Positions 36,801-45,481 of a stretch of DNA of 57,578 bases are shown here, in pieces. Made by a program: the position numbers and the translations under genes. How positions within the stretch are numbered: position 1 is the first letter of the stretch; every line of letters begins with the position of its first letter. The notes below the pieces were generated by a model, which was not told where the DNA came from, ran no database searches, and was given only the letters and a program-made list of their open reading frames with translations. This DNA comes from Verrucomicrobiales bacterium (lineage in GTDB: Bacteria > Verrucomicrobiota > Verrucomicrobiia > Limisphaerales > UBA9464), in assembly GCA_005793375.1 (NCBI GenBank), contig SXSK01000045.1, positions 1-57,578 of the forward strand, written 5' to 3'.

Positions 36801-39323
36801 ATGTCCAAACGGGTGAAATTGATTCGGGCGGTGCTTTGGGTCTGCATGCTCCAGGGAATACTGGGATTATATCTGCGGATTGGGGGTCAGGAACCACCGG
36901 TGCCCATCGCATTGACTTCGGACCTGATTCAACCCTTATCGGCCAATGTGGGTCGGCTGATGGAAGCCTTGAAGCTTCTTGGTGCGCCAATGCCAGTCTC
37001 GATGAGGACTGAAGTGACAGGTGCCTTGGAACGTCGGGACATGGGCGACTTGCAACGTGCGTTGGATCCTCAGGTGTTGTTTCATGTGAGGTTAAATCCC
37101 GAATCGCGTGTGAACGTGCGTCGCGGCATTGCGGCGGCTCGGATTCAACAGGCGGGGTACACGCCGGTTCTGGTGAAAGTGGTGAACCACAGTACGGTGA
37201 CGAAAGAGCTACGCATTAACAGTCCACAAGCGGGTGAAGTGTACGCCGGTATGACTCCGTTGAGTGCGATGCGTCTCCAACGCGAAGCGCTGAAGGAGAC
37301 TCGGATGACCGAGGCATCGACGAACCGGTTTTTAGCGTTGGAGATGGTCTCCGCATCGCCAATGACCGCCCAACTTAGCGGACTCGAATTGGAGTATGCC
37401 ATCGCACTGATCTATTCGCGGGACGCAGGCAAACTGGAGGCGACGATTGGATTTGAAGTAGGCCAGGGCACGCAAGACATCGGATTCCGCGGTGAGACGT
37501 CGGTGCTCTTTGAAAGTACTCCTGCCATCCCGATGACGCTGCGGATTCGGGATGCGGACGGATCGCCGACGATGGCACGGTTGACGTTTCGGGACGCTGC
37601 CGGCCACGTGTTCCCTCCCCAAGCGAAACGTTTGGCGCCCGACTTCTATTTCCAAGAACAGGTTTATCGTCGAGATGGAGAGAGCGTGTTGCTACCCCCG
37701 GTGCGGTTGACGGTGGATTATGGGCGTGGGCCCGAATACCGCACGATGACGCGCGATTTCGTTCCAGCGCCTGGCCATGTGCTGGAGCTAGACCTTCAGC
37801 GATGGATTGAGCCCTCTCGATGGGGGTTCTATTCCGGCGATCATCATATTCATGGGGCGGGTTGCGCTCATTACTCCAGTCCCTCGGAAGGCGTGACACC
37901 GGATGACATGTTTCGCCAGGTGGAAGGCGAGGGGTTGAATGTGGGTTGTGTGCTCACTTGGGGACCCTGTTTTGATTACCAGCGCCAATTCTTTTCGCCT
38001 TCGGTCAGCTTATTGAGCCGACCGTGGACACTCATGAAGTACGATTTGGAAATCAGCGGATTTGGTTCCGAGGCGATGGGGCATGTGTGCCTTCTAAATT
38101 TGCGCGATCAGAACTTTCCAAACTCTGGTGGGACGAAGACACGCGGCTGGCCTAAATGGACAACGCCAGTGATGCGATGGGCCAAAGCTCAAGGCGGATA
38201 CACAGGATACGCCCACTCTGGAAGTGGCCTGGAAGTGAACGCCAAAAATGCCACGGCACGACTTTTTGACGGGTTGGATTCCGACAAGGATCGAGTTTTG
38301 ACGAAGGTCGAAGCGGGCAACGGATTGTTGCCTGAAAGCTTTGGAACCATGGATCTCGATCGGGATGATCTGCTGACCGAGGGGGAGTTGATGGCGGCGG
38401 TGGATCAAGCGGCAGAGCGGTTGCCGAACTTGGCAATTCCCGAAATGAACGGTGTGGGTGCCATGGAGATCGGAGTTAGCACGGCGTTGGGTGTGTGTGA
38501 TTTCATCAGCGCCATGGACACGCCGCGTATCGCAGAATGGAACATGTGGTACCACCTCTTGAATTGCGGCTTCCCCCTGAAAGTGAGTGGTGAAACCGAT
38601 TTTCCGTGCATGAGTGGCGATCGTGTGGGTCAGGGCCGCGTTTATGTCCAGTTGGCACGAACCCCATCCGGCGAGTCATCGCGACCACTGGAACGTCTCG
38701 AGTATTCAGAATGGTGTCAGGGCTTGGGTGCGGGGCGTTCGTATGTGAGCGATGGATTCGCACATGCACTGGCGTTTGAAGTGAATGGTGTGGCTCCCGG
38801 GTTCGGATCAGTCCGGTTGACGTCACGGGGACGAGTTCAGGTGAAAGCCTCGGTGGCGTTTGCATCAGTGCAACCCCAGTCGGTCGCGCAGGGGAGTCGG
38901 GTGCCCCCGACGGGCCGGCGCTGGGTAGGGGATACAGTCACGGCACATGGGCCGATTCCGAAAGGGACCTCGCAAGGCGGGCTGCGACGGGTGGAGTTGG
39001 TGATCAATGGGCAGGTTGCCGCATTTCGAGACGTGGTTGCCGACGGACAAATCCATGATGTGGACTTGGATGTCGACGTGTTGGAAAGCAGCTGGGTGGC
39101 GTTGCGCCAGTTTCCCCAGTTCCACACCAACCCGGTCGATGTGCTCATTGGGGGACGGCCGATCCGCGCCTCGAAGGAGAGCGCTCGGTGGTGTGCTGAG
39201 ACGATCCGCCAGCTTTGGCGCAACCGCGAACGAAGCCTGCCCGAATCCGAACGCCGGGAAGCGCAGGAGGCCTTCGAGCAGGCACTCAGGATATTTGCGC
39301 AGCGGGAGAGAGGACAGGAATGA
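36801..39323 (+). CDS. Secreted CehA/McbA-like (PHP-type) metallohydrolase with an inserted EF-hand pair
   Basis: Signal-like N-terminus from ATG 36801 (ORF open from 36552). GFYSGDHHIHGAGC, GHVCLL, GYAHSG, WYHLLNCGF...SGETD, GRSYVSDG; EF loops DSDKDRVLTKVE and DLDRDDLLTEGE. Confidence 0.75.
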   Translation: MSKRVKLIRAVLWVCMLQGILGLYLRIGGQEPPVPIALTSDLIQPLSANVGRLMEALKLLGAPMPVSMRTEVTGALERRDMGDLQRALDPQVLFHVRLNPESRVNVRRGIAAARIQQAGYTPVLVKVVNHSTVTKELRINSPQAGEVYAGMTPLSAMRLQREALKETRMTEASTNRFLALEMVSASPMTAQLSGLELEYAIALIYSRDAGKLEATIGFEVGQGTQDIGFRGETSVLFESTPAIPMTLRIRDADGSPTMARLTFRDAAGHVFPPQAKRLAPDFYFQEQVYRRDGESVLLPPVRLTVDYGRGPEYRTMTRDFVPAPGHVLELDLQRWIEPSRWGFYSGDHHIHGAGCAHYSSPSEGVTPDDMFRQVEGEGLNVGCVLTWGPCFDYQRQFFSPSVSLLSRPWTLMKYDLEISGFGSEAMGHVCLLNLRDQNFPNSGGTKTRGWPKWTTPVMRWAKAQGGYTGYAHSGSGLEVNAKNATARLFDGLDSDKDRVLTKVEAGNGLLPESFGTMDLDRDDLLTEGELMAAVDQAAERLPNLAIPEMNGVGAMEIGVSTALGVCDFISAMDTPRIAEWNMWYHLLNCGFPLKVSGETDFPCMSGDRVGQGRVYVQLARTPSGESSRPLERLEYSEWCQGLGAGRSYVSDGFAHALAFEVNGVAPGFGSVRLTSRGRVQVKASVAFASVQPQSVAQGSRVPPTGRRWVGDTVTAHGPIPKGTSQGGLRRVELVINGQVAAFRDVVADGQIHDVDLDVDVLESSWVALRQFPQFHTNPVDVLIGGRPIRASKESARWCAETIRQLWRNRERSLPESERREAQEAFEQALRIFAQRERGQE

Positions 39324-39389
39324 GAGTTGGAGGCTGCGGACGCGGCGATTTAGAACGACCTCAAAATTCGAGGCTCGCAGGTTATTACA

Positions 39390-39959
39390 CTAACGCTTTG
39401 GACTGCCCAACAAGAGCATGCCTTGGGGCTCGTGTGTGCGGTCGTCGTTGAAAACTCGCGGTAGCGGTGCGGCGCCTCGGCCGGGTTGCCACTCAACCAT
39501 GGAACCCGCTCCGGTTCCCAGGCGGGCTGGCGCGAATGGGTTAAATAATTGCAGCATACCGGCGGGTTTGCGTTCCTGTACCACAAACTGGAGCGCCCCC
39601 CCACGTGCCGCAACCGATTGAACCACCACGTTAGTGATTCCGGCATCGTAATCGCGGCGACGGCGGGTCATCGCGTCCGCCGAGGCGTTTAAGCTGAACG
39701 TGGTTGTGGTTGCCAGCAACGGTTTGGTAATGAATGAATCTTCGGAGGTGGCAGTGGACGTGTCGGGCTGACGAGGTTGGTCGGTTTTGGGCTCCGCCTT
39801 GGTGGTCTCTCCCGCCGTAGAGGGGCTTGTTTCAGAAGACTGAATCGGAAGAGAACTCAAGGAAACGCCTGCGAGCAGCGTCCACGTTGCTACCGTCCGT
39901 CGAAGAGAAGTCCAATCGAAATGGATCTGTCGCGAATGAGAGGGACGGGTGGGATTCAC
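39390..39959 (-). CDS. Hypothetical exported protein
   Basis: 189 aa; hydrophobic signal-like stretch, Thr/Pro-rich linker and C-terminal LQLFNPFAPARLG. It fills the gap co-directionally after the MBL gene. Confidence 0.55.
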   Translation of the reverse strand: MNPTRPSHSRQIHFDWTSLRRTVATWTLLAGVSLSSLPIQSSETSPSTAGETTKAEPKTDQPRQPDTSTATSEDSFITKPLLATTTTFSLNASADAMTRRRRDYDAGITNVVVQSVAARGGALQFVVQERKPAGMLQLFNPFAPARLGTGAGSMVEWQPGRGAAPLPRVFNDDRTHEPQGMLLLGSPKR

Positions 39960-39992
39960 AATACGGAACCATTGATCAGGACGGCCCGTGGG

Positions 39993-40817
39993 TCAAGGGA
40001 ACCACGGATTGTTCTGTTTCTCTTCACCAACGGTAGTGAGTGGGCCGTGACCGGAGCCGATCAAGGTGTCTTCGGGCAGGCTTAGAATTTGCTCGCGAAC
40101 CTTGGATCGCGCGAGTTCGAGGAGCTGTCTGGCGCCACCCATGGAACCCGCAAAAAGGGCATCACCCACCAGGGCGACGTGCGGGGCGTCTTCAGGCCAA
40201 TTGCCAATAATGTACGTGACACCGTCTTCGGCGTGACCGGGAGTTTCACGATTCGAAATTCGCAAGCTTCCGAGGTTGATGAAATCATTGGGGCGATTCC
40301 GTTGATCGACAGGTGCCGATTTGATGTTGGAATGCAGGCGGACTTTTGGGAACCGGGCGCGGATCGGTTGGAGAGCGGCGATGTGATCCTGATGTGAATG
40401 GGTGATGAAAAGGTGGTTGAGCGTGAGACCGTGCTCATGGATGAGTTGGAATATGGGCTCTGCGTCGAAACCCGTGTCGAACACGGCGGCTTCGCGCGAG
40501 GCGATGTCCCAAATCAGATAGGCGTTGACCGTCATTCCACCGCCTGCGGTAGTGATCATTCGAAATTCGGACCAAGCCTCGGTATCCACGGGCTTCGGCA
40601 GCCAGCCGTTGGCGATCTTTTCCAAATTGACTCCATTCAGGGACAGCAACTTAGCGATCGCGGCGAACTTGAATCCACGAGGGGCTTTGCCCGAATCTTC
40701 GGTGGCAGTGTAGTCCGCGACGGAGATGTCTGCGGCTGCGGCTGCGGCTTCGGGGGTCACATTCCCAGATAGGCGAGCCTTGCGCAGAATGTCTCCCAGC
40801 GAGTCTTCGAGTGTCAT
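39993..40817 (-). CDS. MBL-fold metallo-hydrolase with an N-terminal HTH-like domain
   Basis: Start MTLEDSLGDILRKAR at ATG 40817; THSHQDH, TPGH, GDALFAGSMG, GHGPLTTVGEEKQNNP. Confidence 0.9.
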   Translation of the reverse strand: MTLEDSLGDILRKARLSGNVTPEAAAAAADISVADYTATEDSGKAPRGFKFAAIAKLLSLNGVNLEKIANGWLPKPVDTEAWSEFRMITTAGGGMTVNAYLIWDIASREAAVFDTGFDAEPIFQLIHEHGLTLNHLFITHSHQDHIAALQPIRARFPKVRLHSNIKSAPVDQRNRPNDFINLGSLRISNRETPGHAEDGVTYIIGNWPEDAPHVALVGDALFAGSMGGARQLLELARSKVREQILSLPEDTLIGSGHGPLTTVGEEKQNNPWFP

Positions 40818-40880
40818 CGGGGTTAGGTTATCGACGGGAACGCAGGGGAGGCAACCGTGTTGACGGGCCTTCCCATGAAG

Positions 40881-40909
40881 ATTTGGCCACGTATTTGGCC
40901 ACGTATTGG
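40881..40909. repeat. 12-bp direct repeat ATTTGGCCACGT x2 plus a partial third copy, in a divergent promoter region
   Basis: ATTTGGCCACGT ATTTGGCCACGT ATTGG between the starts at 40817 (-) and 40978 (+). Confidence 0.7.
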
Positions 40910-40977
40910 AAAAGGTTTTCCTCGATTTTGCTAAATCCGGCTGAATAAGTTCATAGAAGATCTCATCGAGTTTACCT

Positions 40978-42609
40978 ATGCGTTCAAGCACGATCCCATG
41001 TCTTGCCATCGCGTTGTTGCTGGCACCGGTTTCCCGGGCACAAACGACGCAAAGCCCAAACGGTGGCACCGCCACAACCACCTCTACGGCTGTCCCCAAA
41101 AGCGCCAACGATTGGTTGCCTGCCGAAGCCCATTTCAAAAAGGTGGTGCTCGAACAAGACCAAACCATGGATGGCAAATTGGAAGATTCCCTCAAGGATC
41201 CCATGGAGATGGCGGTGGCAAAGGACGGCCGGATTGTCTATGTCGAGCGATCCGGGATTGTAAAGCTTTGGTCCCCAACTTCTGGTAAATCCAGCGTCAT
41301 TGCCACGCTCAAGACTTTCACGGGTCTGGAGGATGGGTTGTTGGGCGTTACTCTGGATCCGAAATTCATGGAAAATGGCTGGGTCTACGTCAATCGATCA
41401 CTGCCAGAGACCAGCACCAATGAATTTGGCAAAGCTGGCATCATTCGAGTCTCCCGGTTCACCTTGAAGGGTGAGCAACTCGATCTCTCGAGCGAAACGC
41501 CGATTCTAGATATCCCGACCCAACGTGAACAATGCTGTCACGTCGGCGGTTCGCTCACATTTGACGCCGATGGCAATCTGTACGCCTCGGTCGGGGACAA
41601 TACCAATCCCTTTGATTCCGATGGGTTTTCACCACACGACGATCGGCCCGGTCGTTCGCCCTGGGACGCCCAGAAGTCGGCCGCGAGTCCCAATTCCCTT
41701 ACAGGTAAAATTCTGCGCGTGAAGCCCAAAGCTGGCGGGGGTTATGATATCCCGAAAGGGAACCTCTTCGCTCCGGGAACACCCGGAACGCGCCCGGAGA
41801 TTTATGTCATGGGCAACCGCAATCCATTCCGGATATCGGTCGATCCAAAGACACGCTACCTTTACTGGGGTGAAGTGGGTCCTGACGCGGGTTCACCCGA
41901 CCCGAAGCGTGGGGCCGCTGGTTTTGACGAAGTGAATCAGGCGCGGAAGGCTGGTTTTTTTGGGTGGCCCTATTTTGTGGCCGACAACAAGCCCTACGTG
42001 AAGATTGATTTCGTGGAACGCCAGAAGTGGGTGGACGTGAAAACGGCGTATGACGCGGCGAAGAAGGCAGCGACGAATGGCGCTCCGGTGACCGTGCCGA
42101 AGCCTCCGGCGTGGCCGGCCAATGATTTTGTGCCGGTATTGTTTGATGCCCAGAAACCCGTCAACCAATCCGTGTACAACACCGGCAAGCAAGACCTGCC
42201 CCCGGCGCAACCGGCCTTCATCTATTATCCGCACTCTCCTTCGACACGTTTTCCTGAAGTGAACGCGGGTGGCGGCCGCACGGCCATGGCGGGTCCGGTT
42301 TACTATTTCGATCCCAAGAATCCGTCGCCGACCAAGCTTCCTGAAGTCTTCGACCACACCCTCTTCATCTACGAATGGTCGCGCAATTGGATCATTGCGG
42401 TGAAGCTCGATGAGAACGATCAGATCGCGAAGAACGCCGATGGATCGCTCAAGATGAAGCGGTTCATGCCCGGCTCCAGTTTTAAGCGGCCCATGGATCT
42501 TGAACTTGGAGCCGATGGTTGCCTGTATGGAATCGATTTCGGCACCAACTGGGGTGATAACAAAGACAGCAAGATATTCCGAATCGAGTTTCACGCCATT
42601 CTGAACTAA
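40978..42609 (+). CDS. Secreted glucose/sorbosone dehydrogenase-family (PQQ-type beta-propeller) protein
   Basis: Signal peptide; EDGLLGVTLDPKF, REQCCHVGG, GKILRV, PEIYVMGNRNPFR, GFFGWPY, RPMDLELGADGCLY. Confidence 0.9.
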   Translation: MRSSTIPCLAIALLLAPVSRAQTTQSPNGGTATTTSTAVPKSANDWLPAEAHFKKVVLEQDQTMDGKLEDSLKDPMEMAVAKDGRIVYVERSGIVKLWSPTSGKSSVIATLKTFTGLEDGLLGVTLDPKFMENGWVYVNRSLPETSTNEFGKAGIIRVSRFTLKGEQLDLSSETPILDIPTQREQCCHVGGSLTFDADGNLYASVGDNTNPFDSDGFSPHDDRPGRSPWDAQKSAASPNSLTGKILRVKPKAGGGYDIPKGNLFAPGTPGTRPEIYVMGNRNPFRISVDPKTRYLYWGEVGPDAGSPDPKRGAAGFDEVNQARKAGFFGWPYFVADNKPYVKIDFVERQKWVDVKTAYDAAKKAATNGAPVTVPKPPAWPANDFVPVLFDAQKPVNQSVYNTGKQDLPPAQPAFIYYPHSPSTRFPEVNAGGGRTAMAGPVYYFDPKNPSPTKLPEVFDHTLFIYEWSRNWIIAVKLDENDQIAKNADGSLKMKRFMPGSSFKRPMDLELGADGCLYGIDFGTNWGDNKDSKIFRIEFHAILN

Positions 42610-42621
42610 TCGCCAAAAGCC

Positions 42622-44031
42622 ATGAGCGATCCCGTTTCAAACCGTCGTGATTGGCTCAAGATCACGAGTGCAGCCGGCGCCGTTGGGGCGCTGGCGCCTC
42701 AGTTCGATGTCGGGACACGGGTTTGTGCAGGGGTTGGAGCATCCCCTGGCACCATTCGCGACTTGGGATCACGCCGTGAATTGTTTGTGGACCGGTTCTT
42801 GGTGGATCGCCTGGAGGGATTGCGTCTGCACCTGCACGAGCCGAGGCTCGCCCCCGAGATGACCGAACCCGCGGACCCGTTAGAGTACGGAACCGTGATC
42901 AAAGACGGAGACCTGTTCCGGCTCTACACGCGTGATGGTCGCGGCGCCAAGTTTGATGGCGACACCACCGAAGTGACTCGCTATTGCGAGAGTCGCGACG
43001 GGATACATTGGACCCGGCCACGACTGGGCCTGGTAGAAATAGATGGCAGAAAGGACAACAATGTCATCCTTCGCGAAGCGCCGTTTTGTCATAACTTCTC
43101 CCCATTCTTGGATACGCGCCCGGGCGTTGCGGCAGAAGAGCGGTTCAAGGCGTTGGCGGGAACTGTGAAATCCATGTTGTTTGCGTTTGTGTCGGCGGAC
43201 GGGATTCACTGGAGAAAATGGCGTCCTGAAGCGGTGATTCATTACACAAAAGAGTACGCGTTTGATTCACAGAATGTGGCTTTCTGGTCGGCGAACGAGG
43301 GTTGTTATGTGTGCTATTTCCGGCACTTCCTCGACAAGAAATACCGCTCGGTATGCCGAACCACTTCGGCGGATTTTGTCGCCTGGACAGAACCCGTGCC
43401 GTTGCGGCCCAATGTTCCTGGGGAACATCTTTACACCACGCTGACCCATCCCTACTTCCGCGCCCCGCACATCTATATCGCCACCCCCACTCGATTCCAT
43501 CCCGACCGAGGCGAGAGCACGGACATCTTGTTCATGACAGCGCGCGGCCCGGGGGCTTACGACCGCACGTTTCGGGAGGTGTTTATCCGTCCGGGACTGG
43601 ATCCGAATCGATGGGGCAATCGATCCAATTACGCCGCGTTGAACGTGGTGCCGACCAGTGCGACCGAGATGTCAATTTACACCACCCCGTTCCGGCGGTT
43701 CACGTTGAGACTGGATGGCTTTGCCTCGGTGCGTGCAGGGGCCGATCCAGGAGAACTGATCACCCAGCCGCTGCGATTTCAGGGTCAGACCCTTTCAGTG
43801 AATTATTCCACCAGTGCGGGTGGGCAGTTGCGGGCTGAGATCCAGGATATCGATGGCAAGGCATTCGAAGGATTTAGGCTTTCGGACGCCAAACCGCTGG
43901 TGGGCGATTCGTTGGACCAGACCGTGAGTTGGAAACACGGCGCGAATGTCTCCACACTTGCAGGACGCACGGTACGGTTGCGTTTCGCACTTCAGGATGC
44001 CGATCTGTTCGCGCTGCAGTTTCAGATGTGA
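42622..44031 (+). CDS. Tat-exported hypothetical glycoside-hydrolase-like beta-propeller protein
   Basis: NRRDWLK signal; RELFVD, ESRDGIHW and SADGIHW Asp-box-like repeats, FDSQN; C-terminal LRLDGFASV...VRLRF...ADLFALQF domain. Confidence 0.7.
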   Translation: MSDPVSNRRDWLKITSAAGAVGALAPQFDVGTRVCAGVGASPGTIRDLGSRRELFVDRFLVDRLEGLRLHLHEPRLAPEMTEPADPLEYGTVIKDGDLFRLYTRDGRGAKFDGDTTEVTRYCESRDGIHWTRPRLGLVEIDGRKDNNVILREAPFCHNFSPFLDTRPGVAAEERFKALAGTVKSMLFAFVSADGIHWRKWRPEAVIHYTKEYAFDSQNVAFWSANEGCYVCYFRHFLDKKYRSVCRTTSADFVAWTEPVPLRPNVPGEHLYTTLTHPYFRAPHIYIATPTRFHPDRGESTDILFMTARGPGAYDRTFREVFIRPGLDPNRWGNRSNYAALNVVPTSATEMSIYTTPFRRFTLRLDGFASVRAGADPGELITQPLRFQGQTLSVNYSTSAGGQLRAEIQDIDGKAFEGFRLSDAKPLVGDSLDQTVSWKHGANVSTLAGRTVRLRFALQDADLFALQFQM

Positions 44032-44039
44032 ACGCGTCT

Positions 44040-44050
44040 GCACTCCAAAA
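44040..44050 (-). repeat. Partial REP-like unit (GCACTCCAAAA)
   Basis: Reverse complement of the TTTGGAGTGC head of the 50037 repeat, in a 34-bp convergent gap. Confidence 0.4.
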
Positions 44051-44065
44051 GCCTTTCGGCCCGAA

Positions 44066-45352
44066 TCAATCGCGCCAGAAAGTGGACTGCGGACCGACTT
44101 TATAGCGGACTTTCATCTGAGGGGTCTCCACCAACACCTGTCCGCGGTGTAAGGACTCGACGGCAGCGAGGGTCATGCCAGACGTGAGGAGGGTACGTTC
44201 GACGGGATAGGGAACCTTTCCGGTGATGACGGTGTCTTCGATGTGCCGGCAGAGAGGGTGAAAGAAATCGGCGGTTGACGAACCGTGGGTTGGCATCGGC
44301 AGGTACATCTGGCAAGAAACCACTTCGTTTGTGTCCGTGCGCCAACCCGCGTAATTAAAGTCCCGGATGTTTACCAGAAACATGGTGGTGCGAAAGCCAT
44401 CGAGATGTTCGATGAAATAAGCAATGGCATCGGGGAAAACCTGTTGGGCCCAGTCGACAGTGATCTTGCCGTTATAGTAGCCGCTATCGACCGGGAGATT
44501 GTGGCTGCGGGTAAGAGCGGAGACCATAAGACGCCGTGTTATTTCGCGGTCGGTGCCGGCGAGTTTTTGCCACATGGCCGCGCCGCGCAAGGCGTGGACG
44601 CTGCGGATGCCTACCTCACCACCCTTGCGTCGTTCGGACATGCACTGGGCGGTCTCCAACGCATGGATATCGTAGCTGTCCACACCTCCGTAAGCGACGC
44701 ACACACTTTCCTTGAGGGGGACATTGTGCGGCATGTCGATAGCGGGCATGCGGCGGGTTACCGGAAGCGACGATCCGGCAAAGAATGGGAACTTGAGCCG
44801 TTTTGAATCGGCCACCATTTCGGCACATCGCTCCCAAGTGGTTGAGAGATGTTTGTCGTTGAAGACAGGCACCCCATGTCCGCTGCTTTCGAAAACCTTC
44901 ACGCACTCCTTGAACCACTCGTATCGCGGATAGAGTTTTTGGCCGCGGTCGTTGTTTGGGTAGTCACCGTGTTCAGCAATGATCACCACGCCGTCGACGG
45001 CGAGCTTGCCGGTGCCCAGAGTGAGAGCATCGGCGATGCTGGGGAACGCCTTGAGTTTGTAACGTTCGACACGTTGTTTAGCGAGGTCACCTTGCTTGGG
45101 GAACTGCCCGATATAGATGCTGGCGATCTCAAGACGCGGTTCCTGCCAGCCGCCGCGCCAGCCATAACCCAGCGCGAGCCGATCCAAGAAGTGTTGCGCA
45201 TGTGAATGGGTCCGAAATTCCGTGCCGAGGAACGCGATGGTTTTGCGTCGCTGGTTTCGGTTGTTGTTTTGTGCCGCGGCACTCGGCATCACCAACGCGG
45301 CGCTGGCTAGCGCAGAAAGTTGGGTGAGAAAGGTTCGGCGATCCGTGAACAT
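44066..45352 (-). CDS. Tat-exported hypothetical protein, distant Gfo/Idh/MocA-like oxidoreductase
   Basis: Start MFTDRRTFLT at ATG 45352; SHAQH, VDGVVIIAEHGDYP, VPVFNDKHL (positional analogue of EKP), AGSSLP, YDIHALE. Confidence 0.65.
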   Translation of the reverse strand: MFTDRRTFLTQLSALASAALVMPSAAAQNNNRNQRRKTIAFLGTEFRTHSHAQHFLDRLALGYGWRGGWQEPRLEIASIYIGQFPKQGDLAKQRVERYKLKAFPSIADALTLGTGKLAVDGVVIIAEHGDYPNNDRGQKLYPRYEWFKECVKVFESSGHGVPVFNDKHLSTTWERCAEMVADSKRLKFPFFAGSSLPVTRRMPAIDMPHNVPLKESVCVAYGGVDSYDIHALETAQCMSERRKGGEVGIRSVHALRGAAMWQKLAGTDREITRRLMVSALTRSHNLPVDSGYYNGKITVDWAQQVFPDAIAYFIEHLDGFRTTMFLVNIRDFNYAGWRTDTNEVVSCQMYLPMPTHGSSTADFFHPLCRHIEDTVITGKVPYPVERTLLTSGMTLAAVESLHRGQVLVETPQMKVRYKVGPQSTFWRD

Positions 45353-45481
45353 AGTAGTGTTAGGCTGGTTTCCACGGATCATTACTGGACGCTTCCGGTC
45401 GGCGCAAAAACTAATACGGTTGCATGGCTCCGGGGGCACATCTCCGAGTTACCGACATTTGGAGATGCGCCCGGAACCGGC

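Noticed and set aside
40884-40900. Sigma54 promoter within the 12-bp repeat
   Set aside because: Spacing gives GG-N10-GG rather than the required GG-N10-GC.
40818-41204. N-terminal 129 codons of the 403-aa ORF in the track
   Set aside because: Overlaps the divergent GSDH gene and its promoter; the family-like sequence starts at ATG 40817.
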